Notes: generated by a model from the letters alone, not told the origin. A DNA stretch of 64,000 nt from a virus (IMGVR_UViG_3300039310_000050:37634-101633), one strand, 5' to 3'. Positions 36,248 through 47,047 are shown, counted from the first letter of the stretch. Numbers and translations: made by a program.

Positions 36248-37177
36248 TTACCAAGTTTTCTTAATTGGCGGAGCAATAGGGTGTGAATTATCTTCATTTC
36301 CTATATCATCAGGTCCATCTTGTGCATTTGGATCTATTTTGGTATAAACATCAAGGAAACTAGTTTGAGTATTTAAATCAAATCTAGCAATACTATCTCG
36401 AATAGCCTTAATTCTATTACGTTTAAAAATGGCATAAGCTTTCACAATATATACTAAACGACCAGTACTAATTGTTTCATCTACACCACCTTGATTATAT
36501 GTTTGCCGTATATTTTCTGCCCATTGACACAAACAATCAATAAAATCAGGAGATTCAATACCATATATTGATAAATTCTTTTTAAGAATTTTGGCAGTTA
36601 TTTTTGAATTTGGATATCCTTGTTCATACATTAAAGGAAATCTTTCCAATAATGCTTCATTCATTACATTTGTTCCAATATATTTACCATCTTCACTACC
36701 TCGACCTTTTGTATTAGCTGTAGCTACAATATTGAAACCCTTACAAGGATGCACCCAACGATTAATTTTTTTAATATAAATTCCACTACCTTCTAAAAGA
36801 GGTTGCATACATAAAAATTTGGAAGAACCTAAATCAATTTCATCTAATAAAAGAAGTGCACCACTAGGATCTTCGGCTGCTTTAACTGCTGGTCCATCTT
36901 CCCAAATTGTATCTCCATTAATTAACTTATAACTTCCTAATAAATCACTTTCATCCGTTTCAATCGTAATATTTACTCGATACAAATTTTTCTTATTTTC
37001 TGCACAAATCTGTAAAGGAATTAATGTCTTCCCAGATCTTGTGGGACCTGTAATATAAAATGGTAGAAAAATACCACTATCAATAATAGTTTTTACATCA
37101 TTATAACAACCAAAAGGAACAAAGGTTGGGTCTTTTTCAGGAATAAAATTATTTGAATTTTCAATTTTCTTCTTCAT
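36248..37177 (-). CDS. MoxR/CbbQ-type AAA+ ATPase (phage CobS-like)
   Basis: GPTRSGKT, LLLDEID, ATANTKG.G, NEALLERF. Confidence 0.9.
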   Translation of the reverse strand: MKKKIENSNNFIPEKDPTFVPFGCYNDVKTIIDSGIFLPFYITGPTRSGKTLIPLQICAENKKNLYRVNITIETDESDLLGSYKLINGDTIWEDGPAVKAAEDPSGALLLLDEIDLGSSKFLCMQPLLEGSGIYIKKINRWVHPCKGFNIVATANTKGRGSEDGKYIGTNVMNEALLERFPLMYEQGYPNSKITAKILKKNLSIYGIESPDFIDCLCQWAENIRQTYNQGGVDETISTGRLVYIVKAYAIFKRNRIKAIRDSIARFDLNTQTSFLDVYTKIDPNAQDGPDDIGNEDNSHPIAPPIKKTW

Positions 37178-37239
37178 AATGTATATTATCCAATTTTTTA
37201 TTCTATTCCAAAAGGTTTCGCTTTTACATCATTTTCATC

Positions 37240-37566
37240 TTACCATACTTCAGGTTCAACTGGCTCCTTTGGAACTTTCAATGGTTTCGTTTTAATTACT
37301 ACATCTTTAAATGCCACAACTGGCAATTTTAAAAGAACAGTCAAATCATATCGGGCCCGTTTATCTGGAATACGAACCTTTAAATTCTTACTAATCCATG
37401 ATGGTGCAAATTTTAAACCATTAATCTCTTTTGTAGCTTTTAATAAATCAGAACGTTTTACAAGATTTGCATTCTTTCCAAATTTTGCAATTAGTTGATC
37501 TAAAAATAATCTTTGGCTTGTTGTTAAACTTTTTGGTGAATTATTATCCACTTTTTTCTTGGACAT
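37240..37566 (-). CDS. Hypothetical basic protein
   Basis: After a consensus promoter, upstream of the AAA gene. Confidence 0.6.
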   Translation of the reverse strand: MSKKKVDNNSPKSLTTSQRLFLDQLIAKFGKNANLVKRSDLLKATKEINGLKFAPSWISKNLKVRIPDKRARYDLTVLLKLPVVAFKDVVIKTKPLKVPKEPVEPEVW

Positions 37567-37584
37567 TTCTAACCCCTATCTTTA

Positions 37585-37613
37585 ATTATACTATATTTTC
37601 AATGAATTGTCAA
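37585..37613 (-). promoter_or_regulatory. Consensus sigma70 promoter
   Basis: TTGACA-17-TATAAT. Confidence 0.85.
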
Positions 37614-37659
37614 GTACCCTATTTAATGAATCTTGTTAAAAAACGCGGACATTATAAAA

Positions 37660-39861
37660 TTAAGAAATCATCCGTATAAACCGAGTGAGAACTACGCGTT
37701 GTTTCCTCTGTTTCAATCCATGATCAGTCATTGCTGTTACCATTTGACGATTACTCATTGGCATTGCTGGCGCAAACGGACTTGATGGTAAATGAATTTT
37801 CAATTCTTTTCCTCCAGGAATAATATAAAATTCATTATATCCCATATCATCAGCCAAAATAAAACCATTTTTATTAAATTCACCTCTTAATTTATTTTGG
37901 CTATCTTCATCTATCCATCTTTTAGGACATAAAATTTCAAACGCATGATTTTTTAATTCTTCAGAATCTCCCGAAATAAAAAATCCAATAGCATTAACTC
38001 CTGTACGATTACGGAAAATTTGTAAAAATTGTGAAGTATTTTCCATAGATGATACCGAAATTGGATAATCTATATGAGTTATTGGATCTTTCAAAAATAT
38101 ATCATTTTTATTACAATCAATAGGTAATACATGTCCTTCTTCATTACCTACATAATAATGATCTGTTGTTGCTTCACCATCTGTAATAAAAATTGTATTT
38201 ACTTTTTGATATTTCTTACAAAATGGTTTAACCATCTCTATCGCAGTTACAATGGTTTCATTTAAAGGAGTACCTCCCATTAAATCTGTGGGTGGTAAAG
38301 AAAGTTGATTACTAGAAGCCATCATTAATAAATTAATACAAGCATCATTAAAATCTGTGGCGGACATATTACTTGATAAAATTTGACGTAACTTAAATCC
38401 TGCAAAAAAAGCAAAATCATCTTTATGATGTATAAATTCATCCGCGTTTGCTTCTATTCCCAAAGAAAAAATATTTTGCTTACTATGTGTTGCATATGAT
38501 CCAAAAGTATAAACATCAAATGGAATTTGTTCTTTTTTAGCAAATAAAACCAAATTCAATAATTGATGAATAGCTCCCAACATATGTGGTTCCATGGAAC
38601 CACTCCAATCAACAAAAATTTGTAAAATATGATTCTTACCTTCTGGTATAGTGGCCACTTTCAACATAATATCATCTTCAAATTTATACCTATTTAATTT
38701 ATGAAGATCGATAATTCCCATATTTGAAATTTGGGTTCTACGGTATGCATCGGCCGCTTTATGTATTTCAAATTCTTTTTGTAACCATGCAACCACTGGT
38801 TTATTTTCTTCTTTAAATTTTTCAAATTCATTAGTATGAAGAGAAACCATATTTGGTTTTTGATCATAAAATAATCTAATTTCAGAATGAACTACCCAAT
38901 AAGGAATAATAATTTGATCTAATTTTGGAATAGGTATACCTAAATATTTAACATTTTTAGCCATAGAATCAATTAAATTTTCTTGAGATTTTTCCCAAGT
39001 TTTATCAGTTTCCGATTCTATAGGAATATCTAATTCCGATTCATTGTCCTTTTCGGTTTTAGTGGTTTCTTTGGATTTTTTGTCTTCATTGGTTTCTTTG
39101 GTTTCTTTGGAAGTATCTTTTTTAATTTCATTTTCTTCCTTTTCTGGTTCTACAGTATCTTCCTCATTATCAGATTCATCAATATCTGAATCGGGATCAA
39201 TTACATCAGAATCTTCTTTTTGAGATACATTCTGTTCTTTTTGTTTCTCTTCTTGATTTTCTTCCTTTTGTGATTCTCTTTTTTTCTTTTGTTCCTCTTT
39301 AGCATACTTATATAAGTCAAAACAAATATCTATAACATCATTAAATATTAATGCTTTTTCAATACGATCAACAAATTCATGTTCAATTGGAGAAAAAATA
39401 ATTGAAGAATCTCTCGTTTTAAAATAAACATTAATACGGTCTATAATATTGAATTCATTTATATTACGAGATTTCGTAGCAAAAAAATCTCTATCTACTA
39501 ATTCTTTATATCCATTTAAAAATGCTTTTCGGCCACCAGGATATTTGATCTTTATAAGTTTTTCAATACGGCAATCTTCTACAATATTGATAAGTCTTTT
39601 TGCAGCCCGAGGATGAATAGGATTAACATACATACATGCTTCAGTAAATATATTTCCTCCTTGTGTAGAAAATAATGCATGTGATACTTCATGAAGGATA
39701 AAAAGATCATATATATCATTTGATATATCTTTCCAAATTGGAAGAGTTAATATTCTTCTTTTTGGATCGAAGGACGCAGTACAAATACCCGCATGTACTA
39801 CTGTTAAATCTTCTTTAGCTAATAATTTTGCCAACATCTTTTTGGATTGAATGTTTATCAT
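37660..39861 (-). CDS. Metallopeptidase-like + VWA protein (partner of the MoxR ATPase)
   Basis: HEVSH, NIVED.RIE, acidic linker, DWSGSM, GGTPL, ITDGE. Confidence 0.85.
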   Translation of the reverse strand: MINIQSKKMLAKLLAKEDLTVVHAGICTASFDPKRRILTLPIWKDISNDIYDLFILHEVSHALFSTQGGNIFTEACMYVNPIHPRAAKRLINIVEDCRIEKLIKIKYPGGRKAFLNGYKELVDRDFFATKSRNINEFNIIDRINVYFKTRDSSIIFSPIEHEFVDRIEKALIFNDVIDICFDLYKYAKEEQKKKRESQKEENQEEKQKEQNVSQKEDSDVIDPDSDIDESDNEEDTVEPEKEENEIKKDTSKETKETNEDKKSKETTKTEKDNESELDIPIESETDKTWEKSQENLIDSMAKNVKYLGIPIPKLDQIIIPYWVVHSEIRLFYDQKPNMVSLHTNEFEKFKEENKPVVAWLQKEFEIHKAADAYRRTQISNMGIIDLHKLNRYKFEDDIMLKVATIPEGKNHILQIFVDWSGSMEPHMLGAIHQLLNLVLFAKKEQIPFDVYTFGSYATHSKQNIFSLGIEANADEFIHHKDDFAFFAGFKLRQILSSNMSATDFNDACINLLMMASSNQLSLPPTDLMGGTPLNETIVTAIEMVKPFCKKYQKVNTIFITDGEATTDHYYVGNEEGHVLPIDCNKNDIFLKDPITHIDYPISVSSMENTSQFLQIFRNRTGVNAIGFFISGDSEELKNHAFEILCPKRWIDEDSQNKLRGEFNKNGFILADDMGYNEFYIIPGGKELKIHLPSSPFAPAMPMSNRQMVTAMTDHGLKQRKQRVVLTRFIRMIS

Positions 39862-39885
39862 TTAATCTCCAAAGACTTCAAAATT

Positions 39886-40350
39886 TTATTTTGGATCATT
39901 CCCGCATGGCGCAAAAGTCTCTTTCTCTTCCACCTCGTACAGCCAAACGTGATCGTCTTGGTGGCCTCTCGCCATCGGGATGATCCATCGAAGGTTTGGA
40001 ACCACGTTGGGGAGGTCCGAAACTGGGAATATGCGCACCTCTTCGGACTCCAGCGTGCGGCAAGCCTCCAGTTTTGTTGTGTCAAAGGCATGAAAGAACT
40101 CAACAGACCAATCCTTCCCAAAAAGTCTGAGAAATAGCGTCCAACCCACGGCAACTCCAGCCTCTTCATTGAACTCGCGCCACATGGCCGCGCTGGCGCT
40201 TTCATCTGGCAACCCAGGCTCTCCGGATGTGCGCTTACCGCCGATGGCATTCCAGTGCCCTACCACCGAAGCAGGCCCGTGGTTCTTGTGGATCAAGGCT
40301 ACCTTGGAGCCGTCAGAACTGAAAAGAAAACCGGCAACGTACTTTGTCAT
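39886..40350 (-). CDS. Nudix hydrolase (GC-rich, recently acquired)
   Basis: WNAIGGK...ESASAAMWREFNEEAGV; GGAGG SD. Confidence 0.88.
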   Translation of the reverse strand: MTKYVAGFLFSSDGSKVALIHKNHGPASVVGHWNAIGGKRTSGEPGLPDESASAAMWREFNEEAGVAVGWTLFLRLFGKDWSVEFFHAFDTTKLEACRTLESEEVRIFPVSDLPNVVPNLRWIIPMARGHQDDHVWLYEVEEKETFAPCGNDPK

Positions 40351-40372
40351 TCGGCCCTACCTCCCGCTGTAG

Positions 40373-40438
40373 TCATGTTTTAGATGAATATACCAACTTC
40401 TTCTTACATTTTGGACAAATTCTACTATATTCATTCAT
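40373..40438 (-). pseudogene. Truncated CxxC ORF interrupted by the GC-rich segment
   Basis: MNEYSRICPKCKKKLVYSSKT*; stop coincides with the composition shift. Confidence 0.5.
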
Positions 40439-40445
40439 AAATTTA

Positions 40446-40474
40446 ATTATAACATGATTTATGTAATTTGTCAA
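40446..40474 (-). promoter_or_regulatory. Consensus sigma70 promoter
   Basis: TTGACA-17-TATAAT. Confidence 0.85.
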
Positions 40475-41487
40475 GCGCCATGAGCAGTACTTTCATGATA
40501 ACCCGCGGCACTAATTTGAACAAATTCAGCATTCTTCCATAATTCTACAATATTACGTGCACCATTATATGAAAAACCAGAACGAACACCTTCCATTAAT
40601 TGAGTAAGAATTGTAGATACATGTCCTTTATATGGAACTAATGTTTCTTCACCTTCAATATATCCTTGTTTTTGAACTTCAAATTTTTGTCCAAACGATG
40701 CTGAACCGCGATATATTTTGAATAATTTTCCATCATCTTTAATCACATTACCTGGAGTTTCTTTTGTCCCAGCAATCAAATGGCCTAACATAACTGAATT
40801 GGCTCCAGCGGCTAATGCTTTTACAATATCACCAGAATTCTTTATTCCTCCATCAGCAATTAAATTAATTTTAGGAAAAAATTTCCGAATTCTAAAAATA
40901 CTTTCTAAAGTAGGAAGACCAGATCCTGTAACAATTCTTGTAGTACATTGACTACCACTTCCAATCCCCACTTTAAATGATAAATCATATAATGGAAAAT
41001 TACCTCCCAACCTTTTTAAAAGATTATCAATACCTTTAGGAGTTGCATAATTACCTATAATCAATCTAGGTGTTGGAATAATTTTACTATAAATTTCTAA
41101 AATTGTATTTTCAACTTCAGGAGAATCAGCATGAGCCACATCAATACAATATCCATAGGGATGATACTTTTCACACAATCTAATTCTTTCTAATGCTTCT
41201 TTATATTTCCCTTCAACCGAAACAAATACAGGTGGTTTTTCATATTTTGGAAGTAAATATAATTGTTCTTTAGGAGAACACATTCTATGTAATACTCCAA
41301 CTCCACCAAATTTATACATTTCTATTGCCATATCGGTTTCTGTAATCGAAGACATATTAGCAGATAAAATGGGAAATTTTAATGGAATACCAGCAACCGA
41401 AGTAGCCAATGAAACTTGATCACGACTACCTCCAAATGTTCTTTGTGGAACTAATAAAACATCATCAAAACTATTTGCATATAACAT
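40471..41487 (-). CDS. IMPDH/GMP reductase family enzyme (probably GMP reductase-like)
   Basis: [38 protein letters not shown]; no CBS domains; no RY flap dyad. Confidence 0.9.
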   Translation of the reverse strand: MLYANSFDDVLLVPQRTFGGSRDQVSLATSVAGIPLKFPILSANMSSITETDMAIEMYKFGGVGVLHRMCSPKEQLYLLPKYEKPPVFVSVEGKYKEALERIRLCEKYHPYGYCIDVAHADSPEVENTILEIYSKIIPTPRLIIGNYATPKGIDNLLKRLGGNFPLYDLSFKVGIGSGSQCTTRIVTGSGLPTLESIFRIRKFFPKINLIADGGIKNSGDIVKALAAGANSVMLGHLIAGTKETPGNVIKDDGKLFKIYRGSASFGQKFEVQKQGYIEGEETLVPYKGHVSTILTQLMEGVRSGFSYNGARNIVELWKNAEFVQISAAGYHESTAHGA

Positions 41488-41671
41488 GTTTCTTCCTTAT
41501 GAGTGTTGTATTTCTCTACTATCCTTTCCCAAATTTGCGTAGTTTCTCAACATACGAAAATTTCCTTATCTTTAGAATCAATAACTTGAGATTTGCATTA
41601 AACGTGCAACTATAATAGTATGACAGTCATACTCGTTTTAACTGTATTTACAGTTTTTGTCCTCATTGATG

Positions 41672-41920
41672 CTATTCAGAGGAAACACCAGAAAAGCTAG
41701 TTTTCTGGATATAACTTGGACGGAATGTCTTGACCGCATCAATAACAATTTGTTGCCGTCTTCGCATTTCGTCCAAGTGAATTACACAAATTGAATTTGG
41801 ATCTTCATGTTTCCCATAATTTTCAATTAAATCAATTATACTATCTAATAGTTTATTAAATTCATCTAGGTTAACTTTAATTTCCACATTATTCTTTCTT
41901 CCACACATAAACCGGCTCAT
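41672..41920 (-). CDS. Hypothetical protein
   Basis: ORF. Confidence 0.45.
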   Translation of the reverse strand: MSRFMCGRKNNVEIKVNLDEFNKLLDSIIDLIENYGKHEDPNSICVIHLDEMRRRQQIVIDAVKTFRPSYIQKTSFSGVSSE

Positions 41921-43604
41921 ATTTCCGGAATCGTCCTAATACTTTGATATAATTCTTACAAAGAGGGGTTCCATCTTCTCCAATGCGATTCGCACCCGGC
42001 ATATTCATTAATACCATTTTTTCAACACCAACAAATTTCATTCCAAGTGATTTCAAAATCTCAGAACTGTCTTGTTCAATTGGCATACATTCTTTTCCAT
42101 AAAAAACATCTGCTACATTCCAAAGTAAATATCGATTTTTCTTAAGATAAGAAACCGCAGTTTCTAAAGTTGGACGTAAAAATCCTTCTCGCCATGCATC
42201 ATATTGAGGGAATTTAATACATGATTGTGTTTCATCTTCACTATATTGTTCCTTTGAAAAATATGGAGGTGATGTAAAAACAAGGTCTAATTTTCCTTTA
42301 TATTTTTTGAATTTCTTATCTTTTCCAATTACTTCAGACCCTAATTGAAATACTTCAAATGTATGTGGTTCATAACCCCAATGTTTCAATGAATTATTAA
42401 TAAATCCTGCCAAATACTCGTAACGAGTTTTTCCAAGTTCATCAATAAAATTATCTGTATTTGGATCTGTTCCAATATAATGAATATGTCTATCATCTAA
42501 TACAGTCATTGCACCCGCAATTCGGCCACCCCAACCCGCAGATGGGTCATAAATGTTAATTACTGGTTGATCTTTAATATGGTCTGTATATTTTTCATAA
42601 AGATATTTGGCAACCATTGGTGGAAAATTTACTGCTACTTGAATATAACCAATTTTAAATGCTGTAAATCCAAGTGGAAAAATTCGAGTTGAATTCTTAA
42701 AGAAACGGATATGGTATTGTTCTTCTTCTTTTAAATCCTGTTCCATTGCTTGAAAATATGGATCTAGATATATTTTTATCTTTTTATTTGAACCAAAAGG
42801 TTTAATGAAAGCTGGAGGAAGTTCTCCTAATAAATTAGTTAGGTGTTCTGGACCTATAATTCCTAATGTAAATAATTCAATAATATCAGCTTTAGAAAGC
42901 CATAAAAATTTTGAAGCATCAACTTGAGTATAACCACTACCTGTTTCACCTTCTTTGGAAGGTTCAACACGACTCAACCAAAATCCATATTCACCAAATT
43001 TTACAAAATCTCTTTTGAATAATTGAACCCATTCTTTACCAGTAGCCGCTGGAACTAAACCCATATCACTATTAGCTAAAATTGAAATGGAATATTTGTA
43101 AAATGAATCTTTACGAAAATGTCTACGGCATCCTTTTTGCATCCTATTTCGGAATCTATTATCTTTGAATAAATCATAAACTGCATACCCATTAAATCCC
43201 TTTTCAGTCACTTTAGTTTGATAATTTATTTTAGCACGCATCATGGTTGGAAAAAATTGATTCACACATGATCCCATACATCCATCATTAATAATCACAT
43301 TTTCTTTTCCATCTAATTCATCAACATAAGGTTTTGTAGATCCTGATTTAGGTTTATATCGTGAAAGAGTGATTCCAGGAGTTCCACTCATCTTACGGAA
43401 TTCTTCTTCCATTTCAAATTCATTGGATCCAGCTAATGGTGGAACTCCATATTCATCCCATACCTCAAGCACACGGGCGCGCATCTTATCAACCCACGTT
43501 TCGAATTCTTCATTATCCATTAGTAACAATTCTTTAAATGTTACATTGATAGATTGATCTTCAAGAATATAATCATTTCTATCCCAATAATGTTTTTCCA
43601 TCAT
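41889..43604 (-). CDS. Large DNA methyltransferase (amino-MTase, SPPY)
   Basis: YDPSAGWGGR, YIGTDPN, LVFTSPPYF..EQY. Confidence 0.85.
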   Translation of the reverse strand: MMEKHYWDRNDYILEDQSINVTFKELLLMDNEEFETWVDKMRARVLEVWDEYGVPPLAGSNEFEMEEEFRKMSGTPGITLSRYKPKSGSTKPYVDELDGKENVIINDGCMGSCVNQFFPTMMRAKINYQTKVTEKGFNGYAVYDLFKDNRFRNRMQKGCRRHFRKDSFYKYSISILANSDMGLVPAATGKEWVQLFKRDFVKFGEYGFWLSRVEPSKEGETGSGYTQVDASKFLWLSKADIIELFTLGIIGPEHLTNLLGELPPAFIKPFGSNKKIKIYLDPYFQAMEQDLKEEEQYHIRFFKNSTRIFPLGFTAFKIGYIQVAVNFPPMVAKYLYEKYTDHIKDQPVINIYDPSAGWGGRIAGAMTVLDDRHIHYIGTDPNTDNFIDELGKTRYEYLAGFINNSLKHWGYEPHTFEVFQLGSEVIGKDKKFKKYKGKLDLVFTSPPYFSKEQYSEDETQSCIKFPQYDAWREGFLRPTLETAVSYLKKNRYLLWNVADVFYGKECMPIEQDSSEILKSLGMKFVGVEKMVLMNMPGANRIGEDGTPLCKNYIKVLGRFRKYEPVYVWKKE

Positions 43605-43606
43605 AA

Positions 43607-45319
43607 TTACTCCAAAATGCTAAATCCCTTTTCTTCAATAAATTTCAATGTATTATTAAACTTATCAATCAATAAATCACCTTGAGGACTAATAACAAAA
43701 ATATTTACATCCTTACTTAATAACTGAATAATCTTTAAAAGATCATCCACACCTGATGCATCCAAACTCTTTTCAAAAATTTCATCCATTATCAATAAAT
43801 TCGTATTTGCGGAATTTTTTAATCTAGCAATTTCTCGCCATGTAAATAAAATTGCCAAATCAATACGAAGTTTTTGTCCTTCTGATAATTGATAATATGT
43901 TCTTTCTTTATTTCCACGAATATGAATCAATTCTTTAAAATTCTCATCAATTGTAAAATTAGCAAAGAAGTCCATAGCTGCCAAATATCGATTGACATAT
44001 TTATTAATAATTGGAAGATATTGCCTAATAATTTTAGTTTTAATACCAGTATCTTTCAACATTACAGAAATTATATCCAAATAATGTTTTTTGGATGTTA
44101 ATTCATCTCTTTGTTCCATCAATTTGGATAATTCTTTGTATAAATCTTTCAATTTATCTTCTTGTTCTTTAGTATCTCCACTTTTTTCCTGTAATTCATT
44201 AATATCTTCTTGTACCTTTTCAATAAAGTTATCAATTGCACGAATTGAACTTTGTAACTTATTTACCTCTTTAGAATTTTCTTCAATTTCTAAAAGGATC
44301 TTTTTAATTCCATTTAACCTAGATTCAGATTCTGATAATTCTCCCTCCAATTTAATTAAAGCAGATTCAATTTCTTTAATTAAATCACCTTTTTCATTCA
44401 ACATACTATTTCGAAAAATATCATCAATAGTTTGCTTACATGTTGGGCATTTATCAGTCTTTTTATAAAATTCTTGTTCTTTTTCAGTTTTATTTTTATT
44501 AGTTCTAAGTTTATCTTCAGTTATTTCCAATTTTCTTATACGTTCCTGAAGATTTATTTGTTCAGAAGTTGTCATAATCAATTCAGTTATAGCTTGTTGA
44601 ATATATTGGATTTTTTCGTCAACTTCTTTTCTTTGTTTTAAATTTTCAGATATCAAATTCTTTTTTTCAGTAATCGCATTAATATTATCTGATTGTAATT
44701 TTTTGAGATAACTTTTTACCAATGTTATCTTTTCATTTTGTAATTCAATCGAATTACATAAAAGGATATATTCTTCTTTCATTTCTGCTATGCGTTGTTT
44801 AAGAACAATATTCATAGCTGAAAAAATTTGAATATCTAATAAATCTTCAATTAAATAACGCCGATCGGCAACTGATAATTGCATAAATGGTACAAATGAA
44901 GCCGATCCCAATACAACCACTTGCGTAAAACTTTTACGATTTAATTTAAGAATAGATTGTTCTAAATATTTTTGATAATCCCGAGATTTAGATTCTTGAT
45001 CTACCATTACTTGATTAATATAAATTTCAAATATTCTTGGTTTTAAACCTCTACGAATTTTATAATTAGTTCGACCAATTGAAAATTCAATTTCAACAAT
45101 CATTTCCTCTTCATTTGTATCATTAATTAAATCTGGAATATTAACATTTCGAAAAGCTACTCCAAATAAACCAAAAATTAAAGCATCTAATACAGTTGAT
45201 TTCCCTGTTCCATTAACACCATAAATTAATGTCGTAGGAGCTCCACGTAAATTTATTTCAGTAAAATTATCTCCTGTATTTAATAGGTTTTTCCATCTTA
45301 CTTTTTTAAAATTTACCAT
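43607..45319 (-). CDS. 46: Recombination ATPase gp46 (Rad50-like)
   Basis: G.NGTGKS, CPTC hook, LSEGQKLRIDLA, LIMDE. Confidence 0.95.
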   Translation of the reverse strand: MVNFKKVRWKNLLNTGDNFTEINLRGAPTTLIYGVNGTGKSTVLDALIFGLFGVAFRNVNIPDLINDTNEEEMIVEIEFSIGRTNYKIRRGLKPRIFEIYINQVMVDQESKSRDYQKYLEQSILKLNRKSFTQVVVLGSASFVPFMQLSVADRRYLIEDLLDIQIFSAMNIVLKQRIAEMKEEYILLCNSIELQNEKITLVKSYLKKLQSDNINAITEKKNLISENLKQRKEVDEKIQYIQQAITELIMTTSEQINLQERIRKLEITEDKLRTNKNKTEKEQEFYKKTDKCPTCKQTIDDIFRNSMLNEKGDLIKEIESALIKLEGELSESESRLNGIKKILLEIEENSKEVNKLQSSIRAIDNFIEKVQEDINELQEKSGDTKEQEDKLKDLYKELSKLMEQRDELTSKKHYLDIISVMLKDTGIKTKIIRQYLPIINKYVNRYLAAMDFFANFTIDENFKELIHIRGNKERTYYQLSEGQKLRIDLAILFTWREIARLKNSANTNLLIMDEIFEKSLDASGVDDLLKIIQLLSKDVNIFVISPQGDLLIDKFNNTLKFIEEKGFSILE

Positions 45320-45605
45320 AATTTTTCTCCACATATTTAAAAGCTTGTAAAATTATTTTTGGATCATCTTGTAATAACCCTATTCCCCTATTACAATTAC
45401 TACATAATAATCCCCTAATTTTTCCAGATTTATGTTGGTGATCTACAGCAAATTTTCTTCCTATTGGATCCTTATCAATTTTACATATAGCACATTTTCC
45501 TTTTTGTTTTTTTAATAAAATATTATATTCCTCTATAGTTATACGAGACCATTTCCTAAATTTATCAGATCGTCTTTTTTTATTACAAATAGAACATATC
45601 TTCAT
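45306..45605 (-). CDS. Endonuclease VII-like HNH protein
   Basis: Q.GKCAIC, VDH.H.SGKIRGLLCSNCN. Confidence 0.85.
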   Translation of the reverse strand: MKICSICNKKRRSDKFRKWSRITIEEYNILLKKQKGKCAICKIDKDPIGRKFAVDHQHKSGKIRGLLCSNCNRGIGLLQDDPKIILQAFKYVEKNYGKF

Positions 45606-45620
45606 ATTTGATCCTATAAT

Positions 45621-45977
45621 TTAAGAATATTTTTCAATTTCTTCAGTATTAGATAACATGATGGTCTTATCTGGGAAAACTACACTCATGCGCATCTGTT
45701 TACAAAAATGCAACAATTCACCCGCCAACATAAGTGCCTTCATTCTAATATCTTGTTCCTCTGAAGGGAATCTTGGATAATTAATGAACCCAACAATCAA
45801 CCCAGGTTCATTACCTTTCTTATATACAAATTGAGTCCTCGTAACAGTAACACAAATACTGATTCTATCCACCCATTCTTGGATAAATTTCTCAACTGAT
45901 TCAAATGGCATTACTTCATTAGTATATCCTCTACGAAGACCTACATAAATTGTTGCTGTAAAAGTTGGAACTGTCAT
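45621..45977 (-). CDS. Conserved hypothetical phage protein
   Basis: EPG..VGFINYPRFP motif. Confidence 0.65.
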   Translation of the reverse strand: MTVPTFTATIYVGLRRGYTNEVMPFESVEKFIQEWVDRISICVTVTRTQFVYKKGNEPGLIVGFINYPRFPSEEQDIRMKALMLAGELLHFCKQMRMSVVFPDKTIMLSNTEEIEKYS

Positions 45978-47047
45978 TATCTATCCATTCCCTGAGCTTC
46001 AGTATAAAGGATTTTAATTTCTTCTTTAATTTTGTCTTTATTTGAATCTATTTCCAAATTATCAACATATTTATTCAAAATTGTTAAAGTATCTTCAGTC
46101 AAATCTACTTTCATATTTGCATCTTCCTCAGATAATTGTAAATCATCATCAATTTTTACATCTGCTGGATTCATATTAAATAACTTTTCAATAAATTTAT
46201 CAAAAAAGAGTGGATTTATCCTATTTTGAACTATCACTTTTATATAAGCACCTTGGTACTTATCATTAATCTTTTTCAATAAAAAATCTAAAGTTTTTTC
46301 TTTATCATCATAATATATCTTATAAAACATTCTATAAGGATTTTCATGGAATTCTAATTTCATAGTACCTGATTTCCATGTATGAAATCCTCGTGGATCA
46401 TTCATATCATCAAATTTAATTTCATAAGGTGACCCCAAATATGATATATTTCCTTCTTGAGATTTATGATGTAAATGACCGGACCAAACACCTTTAAATT
46501 TTTTAAAAATTTTGGCTTCCAATCCTTCTGCCAATCTTAAACTACGATTTACCAAAAATCCTTTAATTTCTAAATGTCCCATAAGGATTTTAGCAGTTGT
46601 AGTTTTAATCATTTTCATTGAATGTTCATAATTTTCTTCATTAATCCATGGGACAAATAATATTTTTGTTTTATCAAATGTCACTTCTGTAGCTGTATCA
46701 AAAATTTCAATATTAGGATACATTCCACACAATTCTTTAACAGCATTTACTTTAGATGTATTTTTAAAATAAGTAGTATGATTTCCTAACATACTATAAA
46801 GTTTAATCTTTCGTTCCAATAATCGATCAAAATACATTTCCCTAGATCTTTGAAAAGATAAAAAATTAACAAATTTTCTACGATCAAATGTATCTCCCAA
46901 ATCAATTATTTCAGTAATTTTATTTTTATCAATAAATGGGAAAAAAATGTCATCATAAAATTTTTGGAAATAATCTAAGAAAATGGGGCTATCAGAACGA
47001 GCACCAAAATGTTGATCGGCAATAATTACTTTAATGGGATTTTTCAT
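45977..47047 (-). CDS. 47: Recombination nuclease gp47 (Mre11-like)
   Basis: DQHFG, LGDTFD, GNH, GHLE, SGHLH, YLGSPY. Confidence 0.95.
   Translation of the reverse strand: MKNPIKVIIADQHFGARSDSPIFLDYFQKFYDDIFFPFIDKNKITEIIDLGDTFDRRKFVNFLSFQRSREMYFDRLLERKIKLYSMLGNHTTYFKNTSKVNAVKELCGMYPNIEIFDTATEVTFDKTKILFVPWINEENYEHSMKMIKTTTAKILMGHLEIKGFLVNRSLRLAEGLEAKIFKKFKGVWSGHLHHKSQEGNISYLGSPYEIKFDDMNDPRGFHTWKSGTMKLEFHENPYRMFYKIYYDDKEKTLDFLLKKINDKYQGAYIKVIVQNRINPLFFDKFIEKLFNMNPADVKIDDDLQLSEEDANMKVDLTEDTLTILNKYVDNLEIDSNKDKIKEEIKILYTEAQGMDR

Noticed and set aside
39847-40372. Alternative ORFs overlapping the Nudix gene (39858-40250, 39847-40137, 40169-40372)
   Set aside because: By-products of high GC content; only 39886-40350 has a motif and an SD
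41640-41655. LexA (SOS) box
   Set aside because: CTG-N6-CAG spacing does not match the CTG-N10-CAG consensus
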